Counted from the first letter of the stretch, positions 1 to 8,719 are shown. The stretch is DNA of 16,713 bases from Candidatus Multivoradales bacterium (GCA_965248055.1 CBDFIJ010000002.1:1-16713); one strand, 5' to 3'. Notes: generated by a model not told the origin, from the letters alone. Program-made: numbers and translations.

Positions 1-1
1 C

Positions 2-811
2 AACATTCAAAATATTGGTCTAAAAGAATACACTGGTTTTATCGACGATGATGGAAATGTAGTGCGAAACGGCAAATTCAATAATCTTTCTATTAAGCAA
101 AGCCTCACCAGAACCACTGTTAGCGATCCATTGTTCCCAAGAAACGGCTCAAGTTTTTCACTTTCACTTCAACTCACTCCTCCATATTCTCTCTTTTCAG
201 ATAAGGATTACAATGACATTGACGTAGAGGACAAATTCAAGTGGCTGGAGTACCACAAATGGCGTTTTGATGCCGATTGGTATACGACCATTGTCGGCAA
301 GTTGGTCTTGCGTGCCAATATCAAGATCGGTATGATCGGGGCGTATAATGATGATCTGGGTGTACCTCCCTTCGAACGCTTTCAATTGGGTGGAGACGGT
401 TTAAGCAATCAGAATAACTTTTTGACCGGTTTTGACATCATATCCCTTCGAGGATATGACCCCGAGCAACTACCGAACAATGTGGATCCCGTTACAGGCA
501 GAACGGTGGCAACACCTATTTTTGACAAGTTTACCATAGAATTGAGATATCCACTCTCCCTGAATCCAAGTTCAACCATTTACGCATTGGCTTTTCTTCA
601 AGGTGGCAACGCATGGCGAAGATGGCGTGATTTCAGTCCATTTGATCTACATCGATCGGCCGGTATAGGGCTTCGTGTATTCTTGCCCATGTTTGGTTTG
701 CTGGGATTTGATTACGGATTTGGATTCGACCAAAAACAACTACAACAAACCAATGCGCGCTTTTGGGATTATGCCAAGTTTAGCTTGATCCTTGGTTTTG
801 AGCCAGAGTAA
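2..811 (+). CDS. bamA: Outer membrane protein assembly factor BamA, C-terminal beta-barrel (5'-truncated by the window edge)
   Basis: Frame is open from position 2 (NIQNIGLKEY...) through ORF 62..811. It has Omp85/BamA motifs: ERFQLGGDG, ISLRGY (VRGF/Y loop-6 motif), ELRYP, SAGIGLRVFLPMFGLLGFDYGFG. Confidence 0.93.
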   Translation, partial: NIQNIGLKEYTGFIDDDGNVVRNGKFNNLSIKQSLTRTTVSDPLFPRNGSSFSLSLQLTPPYSLFSDKDYNDIDVEDKFKWLEYHKWRFDADWYTTIVGKLVLRANIKIGMIGAYNDDLGVPPFERFQLGGDGLSNQNNFLTGFDIISLRGYDPEQLPNNVDPVTGRTVATPIFDKFTIELRYPLSLNPSSTIYALAFLQGGNAWRRWRDFSPFDLHRSAGIGLRVFLPMFGLLGFDYGFGFDQKQLQQTNARFWDYAKFSLILGFEPE

Positions 812-844
812 AATAGTCATAACATTCAAATTTGTCGAAGACAT

Positions 845-871
845 AAAAAAGCCGGGCGTACCCGGCTTTTT
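845..871. terminator. Bidirectional intrinsic terminator between convergent bamA and protease genes
   Basis: AAAAAA-GCCGGG-cgta-CCCGGC-TTTTT: perfect 6-bp GC stem and 4-nt loop, with an A6 tract on the left and a T5 tract on the right. Confidence 0.92.
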
Positions 872-884
872 CCTTTATACCAAC

Positions 885-1287
885 TTATGGTTGCAGAATA
901 ACTTGTTTAATAAATACATTTCCGAACTCATCTAGAACATGAACAAAGTATATACCGGACGGATTGTCACCAATGTTAAGCTCCATTCTTGCGCCTTCCG
1001 AACCTGTTTCCTGGAGAATTTGTATTCCCATGGAATTGTAAACTAAAACCACGGTCCGGTCGGTTATATTCTTTCCTTTTAGGTAAATAGTGCCGCTCGT
1101 AGCGGATGGATACATCACAAGATCATTCGGATGAATTGCTTCTGTTACAATTGGATTGATTACTCCGGGTGCACAATTCGCACTACTAAAGCCATCGACG
1201 CCACATATAATATCAATGCTTTCCGTATAAAGTATCTCATAAAAAAATGGCAAATACCCATCGACCAACGCCACTATCTGTGAATTA
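885..1287 (-). pseudogene. Detached 3' part of the protease gene, encoding the end of a Cys-containing module and a T9SS type A C-terminal sorting domain
   Basis: Same frame as ORF 1437..2744. The C-terminus LVMYPSATSGTIYL...VYNSMG...LNIGDNPSGIYFVHV...KQVILQP matches the T9SS type A CTD pattern (YPNP-like, G-x-Y-x-V, terminal K-x-hydrophobic). No signal peptide of its own. Confidence 0.8.
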
Positions 1288-1446
1288 TACCAATTGAATT
1301 TTATAATGGCGCATAAAATTGTCAGAATATTTGTTCAAGGACAAGGCGCAAAACGCAGGCATAGCCGTAGCTCTGGCGAGTATTTGCAACGATGTAATTG
1401 GACAAATACATGATCATATATGCGTCAATTATAAGTTCATTTGGTA
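1288..1446. mobile_element. 159-bp non-autonomous palindromic element (MITE-like) flanked by a TTA/TAA direct repeat
   Basis: Ends TACCAA(1288)...TTGGTA(1446). Imperfect ~50-bp terminal inverted repeats (1288-1338 vs 1398-1446). TTA at 1285-1287 and 1447-1449, within ATTATA repeats 162 bp apart. Removing 162 bp rejoins the two flanking ORFs in frame. Confidence 0.85.
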
Positions 1447-2744
1447 TTATAGGCCCATGCTGAATTATTGATATTTAGCCAATATCCTTGTGCTCCAGGA
1501 GAATTAGGCGGGTCGCTAAAAGGCACTGGATTACCATTGCAATCGACAATGGCTATTACAGCCTGATTATCGTCGAGGCATTCCACAATAATCGATAAAT
1601 CACAGTCGCCACACTCCTCCAACTCCTCGCAAAATTCTTCGATTTCAATGCGTCTGCCACACCGATTGCCATTTTCATCCGATGTTGACAAATAGAGTGT
1701 TCCAGAAAAACCGGTTACATCAGGTTGTTCATAGCCAACTGTTACCGGGTTCCCAAAATGAATGTCTCCATTTAATTTCCACTTGATTCCTATACAGTCC
1801 GCAGCCACTATTTCATCGGTATACCAAGCCGTAAATATGGCACCGTCCTCAGTGCATTCTATGGTATAGCTCATTTCCTCTAAAACATCGCAGTTGCCCT
1901 CGCATTCCAATTCTCCACATTCTAGTTCTGCACCTTCAATTATCCAGTTTTGGTGCTGGTAATTATCTACGTATATGGATGGACAATCCACCCCACATCC
2001 CCAACTGGTCGTACCTACTAAAATGGGTGTGCCATCTTCCAGAAATACCACGGCCGGGCCACCACTATCGCCGCTTCCGGAGCCAGCGCCCTGGAAAAAC
2101 AAGGATAAATTGTTGGTCAAGTCGTATGAAAAAAGGAATCCTTCATTCAGAATAAGATTACGAGCATCATCTGCACTTATAACGTCGGTTGAAACACCGA
2201 GTAATTGAATATCCGGCACTTCATCATTGTCATTGGTCCCCCATCCGGATATAAAGACCTCTGAACCGGGCTGAATCAGTGTACTTGTGGTTCCGCTACA
2301 CAAACCAACCAAAGCGATGGCATCCACACAATCGTTGAATTCCAATGGAGGATCCAAATGCAAAAGTGCGAGGTCGTGACCGGAGTCAAAATCCTGAAAT
2401 CCCAAATAACCCTCATGGATGATTACTTCGTCCACACCCACATATTGACCAGCGCTTACATCGTCATTCATGGATGAACCAGCGAGTACGTTGAGTTCAC
2501 CAGCCTCCCAAAATTCAACACAATGTGCGGCTGTCAACACCCATTCATTGCTTAATATTGTCCCACCGCAACCGTGCTCTCCATTAATGTGAAGAGACAC
2601 TTGATATGGAGCTGAGCAAATGTCTATAGAATTTCCTCCATAAATCTTTAAATCACCTGGACCTACCTGTGCAACCAAATCGCTCATTCCACAAAAGGCA
2701 AATATGAATGAACTAATAATTAACAGATCGAATACCTTTCTCAT
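1437..2744 (-). CDS. Secreted S1 (chymotrypsin/trypsin-fold) serine protease with Cys-rich acidic modules; truncated by the inserted element (restored gene 885..2744 minus 162 bp = 565 aa)
   Basis: Signal peptide ending LVA|Q, IYGG mature-start motif, CGGTIL..WVLTAAHC (His), HDLALLHL (Asp), GDSGGP (Ser). The last codons (TK*) come from the inserted element. Confidence 0.9.
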   Translation of the reverse strand: MRKVFDLLIISSFIFAFCGMSDLVAQVGPGDLKIYGGNSIDICSAPYQVSLHINGEHGCGGTILSNEWVLTAAHCVEFWEAGELNVLAGSSMNDDVSAGQYVGVDEVIIHEGYLGFQDFDSGHDLALLHLDPPLEFNDCVDAIALVGLCSGTTSTLIQPGSEVFISGWGTNDNDEVPDIQLLGVSTDVISADDARNLILNEGFLFSYDLTNNLSLFFQGAGSGSGDSGGPAVVFLEDGTPILVGTTSWGCGVDCPSIYVDNYQHQNWIIEGAELECGELECEGNCDVLEEMSYTIECTEDGAIFTAWYTDEIVAADCIGIKWKLNGDIHFGNPVTVGYEQPDVTGFSGTLYLSTSDENGNRCGRRIEIEEFCEELEECGDCDLSIIVECLDDNQAVIAIVDCNGNPVPFSDPPNSPGAQGYWLNINNSAWAYNTK

Positions 2745-2892
2745 AATCTACTTTTTTAGCGTTTAAGAATGTAGTTTTCACAACCAACATCGCTTATTTA
2801 ATTCCTAAAAAAAGAGAAAATGAGTGTAAATCGGAATTCCTGTAGGGAAGGCGGTTATTCTTTGAGTGAAAAATACTGTTGAGTGAGATTTC

Positions 2893-3939
2893 TTATGCCT
2901 TTTCTTTGACGATTAGCTGGCCGCAGGCCGCATTGATATCTTTGCCCCGACTTCTTCGTAAGGTTACCATAATGTCTTTGGAGCGCAGGCGCTGAGCAAA
3001 CCGGTCGATTTGATCCACATCTGATTTGATCATATCAAAGTTATCGATCGGGTTGTATTCTATGATATTGACCGTAACGGGAAAATGCGCACATAAGGCT
3101 GCAAGCTTATCTGCATCCTCTATTTGGTCATTGAAGTGTTGAAAGGCTATGTATTCAAAGCTGATTTTATTTCTTGTCTTTTTGTAAAAATAGCGCAATG
3201 CTGTCATTAGTGCCTCCAGATTGTTTTGTTCATTTATGGGCATAATTTCATCGCGTTTCTTATCATCAGCAGCGTGGAGAGATAAAGCCAAATTGAACTT
3301 CACTTCATCATCCGCCAACTTTCGAATCATTTTTTCTATACCTGCGGTACTTACCGTTATCCTTCTGGGCGACCAGCCCAAACCCTCCGGAGAGGTGATC
3401 AATTCAATGCTCTTAAATACATTTTTATACGCTAAGAGCGGTTCACCCATTCCCATGTAAACCACATTCGTCAACCCTCGCCCAAAATGCTCATCGCATT
3501 GCGCATTGACCATAATCACCTGATCATAAATCTCAGCCGGGTCGAGATTTCGCTCTCGCTTCATCCTACCCGTAGCACAAAACGAGCAAGAAAGACTGCA
3601 ACCCACTTGTGAGGAAACACACACCGTAAATCTTTTGTCATCCGGAACAGGGATGAGAACGGACTCTATCAAGTGTCCATCGTGCAACTTGAATCGGCTT
3701 TTTATGGTGCCGTCATTGCTGAATTCAGATAAATCCAATGTGATCGGCAAAATATCAAAATGGGATTTCAAATCCTCCCTAAATGCCTTTGGCAAATTGG
3801 TCATGTCATCAAAATCACGAGCTGCTTTCTTCCAAAGCCATTCGTCGATCTGCTTTGCACGAAATACCGGTTGTTTTCTTTCCTTAACGAAAGAAAGTAT
3901 GGCTTCTGACCCGGCTTTTCTAATGTCTATCCTCGTCAT
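2893..3939 (-). CDS. rlmN: 23S rRNA (adenine2503-C2)-methyltransferase RlmN, radical SAM
   Basis: CVSSQVGCSLSCSFCATG (CxxxCxxC), MGMGEPL, RITVSTAG, LALSLHA, DINAACGQL. Confidence 0.96.
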   Translation of the reverse strand: MTRIDIRKAGSEAILSFVKERKQPVFRAKQIDEWLWKKAARDFDDMTNLPKAFREDLKSHFDILPITLDLSEFSNDGTIKSRFKLHDGHLIESVLIPVPDDKRFTVCVSSQVGCSLSCSFCATGRMKRERNLDPAEIYDQVIMVNAQCDEHFGRGLTNVVYMGMGEPLLAYKNVFKSIELITSPEGLGWSPRRITVSTAGIEKMIRKLADDEVKFNLALSLHAADDKKRDEIMPINEQNNLEALMTALRYFYKKTRNKISFEYIAFQHFNDQIEDADKLAALCAHFPVTVNIIEYNPIDNFDMIKSDVDQIDRFAQRLRSKDIMVTLRRSRGKDINAACGQLIVKEKA

Positions 3940-4053
3940 TACGTCGTAAAATTAAGCATCTTTTAAGCGGAGTTGTGATATTTGTATCGAATTGGATGAG
4001 GCCTACACCGCTCATCACGCACTAGCTAACAATTGTTTTACGTTTGCATACAC

Positions 4054-5071
4054 ATGATTTGGATCTCACTCATCGCTTTTTGGTTCACTGGTACAAGCGC
4101 AGATATTGAGCATGACTTCAGGAGCTATGTTACCAATGACACGCTCAATTACACGGATCTAACCCTCTGGGCAGCGCACCCCCAAAAAAAGGACCTCTCG
4201 GATACGCTGCCTTCTGGCTACTATACCAATCGGGAATTTCCATTGGAGGTGGATGTGTTTTTTTTTACACCCGACCACCTACGTAAGCAAGAAAAAGCAA
4301 GGCGCCTGGAATGCTGACATTTATTCCAAAAAGATCAATGATAAAACAGATCGGACCACGATCCTTTATCAGGCCAGTATCTTTAATGGTGCTGGCCGGG
4401 TATTCGCTCCGCGCTACAGGCAAGCCCATCTTTCTACCTATTTCACAAAAAAGAGATGGAAGGCCCAGGCCGCTCTGGATTTGGCGTACTCCGACATCAA
4501 GCGCGCGTTTAAGCATTATTTGGAACACGAAAATAATGGCCGTCCGATCATCATTGCCGCCCATAGTCAGGGAAGTCAGCACGGTGTAAGGTTGCTTCAG
4601 GATTTTTTTGACCAAAAAGCACTAAACGACCAACTCGTTGCGGCATATCTGGTTGGGATGCCCATTGCAACCGATGTCTTTAAGGAAATCAGGGTATGTC
4701 AAAAACCCGATGATATTCGATGTTTTTGTTCGTGGAGGACGTTCAAGAAAAGTCATCGCCCAAAGTTTCATATGGATGACAATAACATTGCGGCGGTCAA
4801 TCCGCTCACCTTCGACCAAACCATTCCCAAAGCAGACCACTTATCCAACAAGGGGGCCATTCTAAAGAATTTCAATAAAATTCACCCCGCATTGGTCGAA
4901 GCTGAGACACACAATGGTTTGCTCTGGGTAAATAAACCACGTTTTCCCGGAAGCTTTTTAATTCGAACCAAGAACTACCATATTGCGGATTATAATTTAT
5001 TTTGGGTCAACGTTCGTGAAAATGCCATTTTGCGCGCCAACGCCTATTTGACAGATTCAACTGAACCCTGA
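4054..5071 (+). CDS. DUF3089-family alpha/beta hydrolase (putative lipase/esterase), frameshifted in the T9 tract at 4258-4266
   Basis: ORFs 4033..4317 and 4253..5071 join as EVDVFFLHPTTY if the tract is T8. Motifs QASIF, FAPRYRQ, AHSQG (nucleophile elbow), YHIADYNLFW. Hydrophobic N-terminus from ATG 4054; joined length 338 aa. Confidence 0.82.
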
Positions 5072-5080
5072 ATTTAACGC

Positions 5081-6256
5081 ATGGATATTTTCTCAAAAAA
5101 ATCAAGATGGAAGTTGTATTTGGCCTTGGCGGGCTTGGTGATTATGGCCATTTCTCTTTTATACACCAGTTATATAGTCAAGCAACTACAAGAGGACGAA
5201 CGGAATAAGGTTACACTTTTTGTTCGAGCCCTGGAGCAGATCAATGTTCAGTTTGATCAGCAAAATCTCAATGAGGATCTCACCCTTCAGACCGAAGTGG
5301 TAAAACTTGTGAGAAACATACCTATAGTCATGGTGGACGAAACCGGACGGACGCTGACAGGGCATAACTTTGATGTAGAAAAGGACACTTCTCAAGTTTT
5401 TCTGCGCAAAGAACTGAGTAAATTGATTGCGGCTGGCGGCACTCCTATTGACGGTTCGGGCGGATACCATGATAAAATATATTATAAACAGTCGCGACTA
5501 ACCACATTACTTTCATATTTTCCTTTGCTTCAGGTCCTACTATTCATGGCTTATATTGCCATTGGATATGTGGGATTTAGTTCGTCACGCCGGGCCGAGC
5601 AAAATCGGGTTTGGGTGGGCATGGCCAAAGAAACTGCACACCAACTGGGCACCCCTATTTCCGCAATTATTGCCTGGATTGAATACTTAAAACAAATGTA
5701 CGATGGCAATGAAGCCACCCAGGAAGTACTTGTAGAATTAAATAAGGATGTCGGTAGATTGAATTTAATTGCTGATCGTTTTTCTAAAATTGGATCGGCA
5801 CCTGAGTTGAAAAAGACAAACCTCGTCAGCGAAATTCAAGCCTCATGTATTTATATGAAGCGACGTGCTTCCAGAAAAGTTGAATTTATCTACCCTGACG
5901 AACATCATCACGCGCTGTATGCAATGGTCAATCCTCAACTTTTTCAGTGGGTTCTTGAAAATCTATTGAGAAATGCTTTGGACGCTATGTCGAATGAAGG
6001 CCAAATCACCATCTCCATGAGCGGTCTGGACAATCAAATTGAAATGCTGGTATCCGATACTGGAACAGGTATCCCATCCAACAAACTAAAAACCGTCTTT
6101 AGACCCGGCTATTCTACCAAAAAAAGGGGGTGGGGTTTGGGTCTGTCACTTGCCAAACGCATCATCGTAGAGTACCACGGAGGTCGGATTTTCGTCAAAA
6201 ATTCCGAGATTGGAAAAGGCAGTACTTTTGCCATCGTTTTGCCGCGATCTTCATGA
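5081..6256 (+). CDS. Membrane sensor histidine kinase (two TM helices, HisKA, HATPase_c)
   Basis: H-box ETAHQLGTP, N-box ENLLRNALDA, G1 DTGTGI, F-box VFRPGYSTK, G2 GWGLGL; two hydrophobic segments in the N-terminal half. Confidence 0.93.
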   Translation: MDIFSKKSRWKLYLALAGLVIMAISLLYTSYIVKQLQEDERNKVTLFVRALEQINVQFDQQNLNEDLTLQTEVVKLVRNIPIVMVDETGRTLTGHNFDVEKDTSQVFLRKELSKLIAAGGTPIDGSGGYHDKIYYKQSRLTTLLSYFPLLQVLLFMAYIAIGYVGFSSSRRAEQNRVWVGMAKETAHQLGTPISAIIAWIEYLKQMYDGNEATQEVLVELNKDVGRLNLIADRFSKIGSAPELKKTNLVSEIQASCIYMKRRASRKVEFIYPDEHHHALYAMVNPQLFQWVLENLLRNALDAMSNEGQITISMSGLDNQIEMLVSDTGTGIPSNKLKTVFRPGYSTKKRGWGLGLSLAKRIIVEYHGGRIFVKNSEIGKGSTFAIVLPRSS

Positions 6257-6280
6257 CCGCGTCTCGATCAAACTCACATC

Positions 6281-8719
6281 ATGAAGCTTGGAATGTGTTA
6301 TGCACTTGGTTTTTTATTGCTTGTGAGCACGTCCGTTATGCGTGCCCAGCAGCCCATTCAATTCCAGCTGATCGACAATGAAACAAATAACCCGGTAATT
6401 GGAGCTCAGGTCTTGCTTTTCCCGGGGAAAACGGTGTTCTATGCCAATGATAAAGGCTCCATTATCATCTCTGAAACGATGAAATGGGATAGTCTGTTTT
6501 GTACTGCAATCGGTTACAACTCCCGGTCATTACTTCGAGATGAAATAACACCAGGGTATACAATCAGACTCAGCCCAAAAGCTACTCTATTGGATGAAGT
6601 TGTGGTAATCGGCAGGACAAATGTCGCTGCTAGAAATTACGCTGGTCAATTGGCTGTTATTGATCAGTCAAAGGTCGAATTACTTCAAAGCCAGAATACG
6701 GCTGATTTACTCGAGCAATCGGGTCAGGTATTTGTCCAAAAATCCCAAATGGGTGGGGGTAGTCCCGTACTTAGGGGCTTTGAGGCCAACAAAGTATTGT
6801 TGGTAGTGGATGGCGTACGGTTAAATAATGCCATTTATAGGAACGGGCATTTGCAAAATGCCATTACTGTAGATGGGTCCAGTCTGGAGCAGCTAGAAGT
6901 CATTTTTGGTCCTGGTGCACTGATTTACGGTTCGGATGCCCTGGGTGGGGTGGTACATTTTCGCACCAGACAACCGGAATTCAACAAACATTCCGGCAAG
7001 ACGTCATATACTTTTCAAAGTGCCAATACCGGACACAACACTTCTTTGCAATATGCCTATGGTCAAAGCAAATGGGCCACGTTCACTTCCATCGGTTATT
7101 CGGATTTCGGCGATCTCAAATCTGGTCAGCGCGAGGTCGGCTTGTTTCCAGAATTTGGCCATCGTCGTTATTACGTAGAACGATTTGATCAACGCGATTC
7201 CGTTATTTCAAATTCGAAGCCCAATAAACAGATCGGCACGGCATACGGCCAATTTGATTTACTGCATAAATGGCGTTTCGATTTGCACAAGAACTGGGAA
7301 TTGGGATTAAACTTCCAGTACTCGACGAGTAGCGATGTCCCGAGATACGATCGTTTGACAGATTCGATCGAATCCAATGCCGATTTGGAGTACGCAGAAT
7401 GGTATTACGGGCCTCAAAGAAGACTGCTATCTGCCCTCCACATTCAATCCCATCAATCTGCCTGGTGGGATCGCGCACACTTGAATGTCTCTTTCCAGAA
7501 GGTTAAGGAAAGCAGGCATAGCAGGTTGTTTCAAAATCCATGGAGGAATTCGCAAGTTGAAGACGTAGACATCTATGGTGTCAGCCTCGATATACAGCAG
7601 CAGTTTGCACCGTTGCATGCCAACGTGTCCTACGGACTCGATTATCATTTCAACACGGTCTCTTCAAATGCCTACAATCAACACATTGAAACCTCGGCTT
7701 TGGACAAACAAGTGGATACCAGATATCCTGGTGGTGCAAACAACACTACCGCTTTTTCAGCATATGCAAAACTGGATAATCAGCACAAAAACAAGGGCTT
7801 CAGATACGCACTTGGACTTAGATATTCGCTGTATTCCCTATTTAGCAGATTTGAAAACTTAGGCAATATTGTCTGGCCGGATAACTTATTGGACGGACTC
7901 AGGGCCACAAATGATGCTTTGATTGGAAGTTTGGAATTGGGGTATAAAACAAGCAATGACTGGATGCCATACCTTGTTATATCATCCGCATTTCATGCTC
8001 CGAATATAGATGATTTTGCAAAAATCAGGATCAAAAATGACTTTGTAAATATTCCCAATACAACACTGAAACCTGAGTACACCTGGAATTTTGAATCCGG
8101 TGCCACCAAAAGGTGGGTAGGCCCATCTATTCGATTTCAAGCCACATCCCTTATCTATTATACTCGACTATTCGATGCGATAGTCCGGGCAAACTTTCGG
8201 ACACTTGATGGTGACACTTTGCTTGTGCTGGATGATCGCCCCCGACGTGTTCAGGCAAATATCAACGCCGAAGAAGCCTATATCTGGGGCTTGTCCTTGC
8301 AAGGAAAGGCGCTATATAAGGATCGGTGGCAATTTGAAGCAGGACTAAACTACACCAGAGGCAGACAGGTTGATGGAAGCGAGAAAATTCCATTGGCGCA
8401 CATTCCTCCTTTACACGGGATGGTTTCGGCAGGATACCAAACGGATAGAATTCGGCTTCAGACCAATATACTCTTTAACGGACGTAAAGGGATTGAAGAA
8501 TATGCCATAGGAAGTTCGGACAATGAAGACAAGGCCACACCAACAGGATCTTTAGGCTGGTCAACGGTCAATTTTTATTCGAGTTGGGCGGTTCTTAAAT
8601 CATTAAAACTCACTTTCAACGTTGAAAACGTGCTGGATACAAATTACAGAACCTTCTCATCTGGGGTGAATGCGCCAGGCAGGAACTTTATCCTGGGACT
8701 ATCCAAAACGTTCGAATGA
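6281..8719 (+). CDS. TonB-dependent outer membrane receptor (hemoglobin/transferrin/lactoferrin receptor-like) with N-terminal carboxypeptidase-regulatory-like domain
   Basis: Signal peptide MRA|Q; LDEVVVIG; plug motifs PVLRG, VLLVVDGV, EVIFGPGALIYGSDALGGVV; FHAP...LKPE; C-terminal ENVLD..Y...PGRNFILGLSKTF. Confidence 0.92.
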   Translation: MKLGMCYALGFLLLVSTSVMRAQQPIQFQLIDNETNNPVIGAQVLLFPGKTVFYANDKGSIIISETMKWDSLFCTAIGYNSRSLLRDEITPGYTIRLSPKATLLDEVVVIGRTNVAARNYAGQLAVIDQSKVELLQSQNTADLLEQSGQVFVQKSQMGGGSPVLRGFEANKVLLVVDGVRLNNAIYRNGHLQNAITVDGSSLEQLEVIFGPGALIYGSDALGGVVHFRTRQPEFNKHSGKTSYTFQSANTGHNTSLQYAYGQSKWATFTSIGYSDFGDLKSGQREVGLFPEFGHRRYYVERFDQRDSVISNSKPNKQIGTAYGQFDLLHKWRFDLHKNWELGLNFQYSTSSDVPRYDRLTDSIESNADLEYAEWYYGPQRRLLSALHIQSHQSAWWDRAHLNVSFQKVKESRHSRLFQNPWRNSQVEDVDIYGVSLDIQQQFAPLHANVSYGLDYHFNTVSSNAYNQHIETSALDKQVDTRYPGGANNTTAFSAYAKLDNQHKNKGFRYALGLRYSLYSLFSRFENLGNIVWPDNLLDGLRATNDALIGSLELGYKTSNDWMPYLVISSAFHAPNIDDFAKIRIKNDFVNIPNTTLKPEYTWNFESGATKRWVGPSIRFQATSLIYYTRLFDAIVRANFRTLDGDTLLVLDDRPRRVQANINAEEAYIWGLSLQGKALYKDRWQFEAGLNYTRGRQVDGSEKIPLAHIPPLHGMVSAGYQTDRIRLQTNILFNGRKGIEEYAIGSSDNEDKATPTGSLGWSTVNFYSSWAVLKSLKLTFNVENVLDTNYRTFSSGVNAPGRNFILGLSKTFE

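Noticed and set aside
885-1274. Standalone 129-aa T9SS protein as called by the ORF track
   Set aside because: No signal peptide, GTG start, and it is the in-frame continuation of the upstream protease.
1288-1446. All three in-frame stops within the insertion (minus strand) are TGA, suggesting recoding or readthrough
   Set aside because: TGA is a normal stop for several genes here (DUF3089 hydrolase, kinase, TonB receptor, LytTR regulator), and triple readthrough is implausible; insertion explains the pattern.
3995-4016. GATGAG-N10-CTCATC hairpin in the divergent rlmN/DUF3089 intergenic region
   Set aside because: Short and single-copy; compatible with chance.
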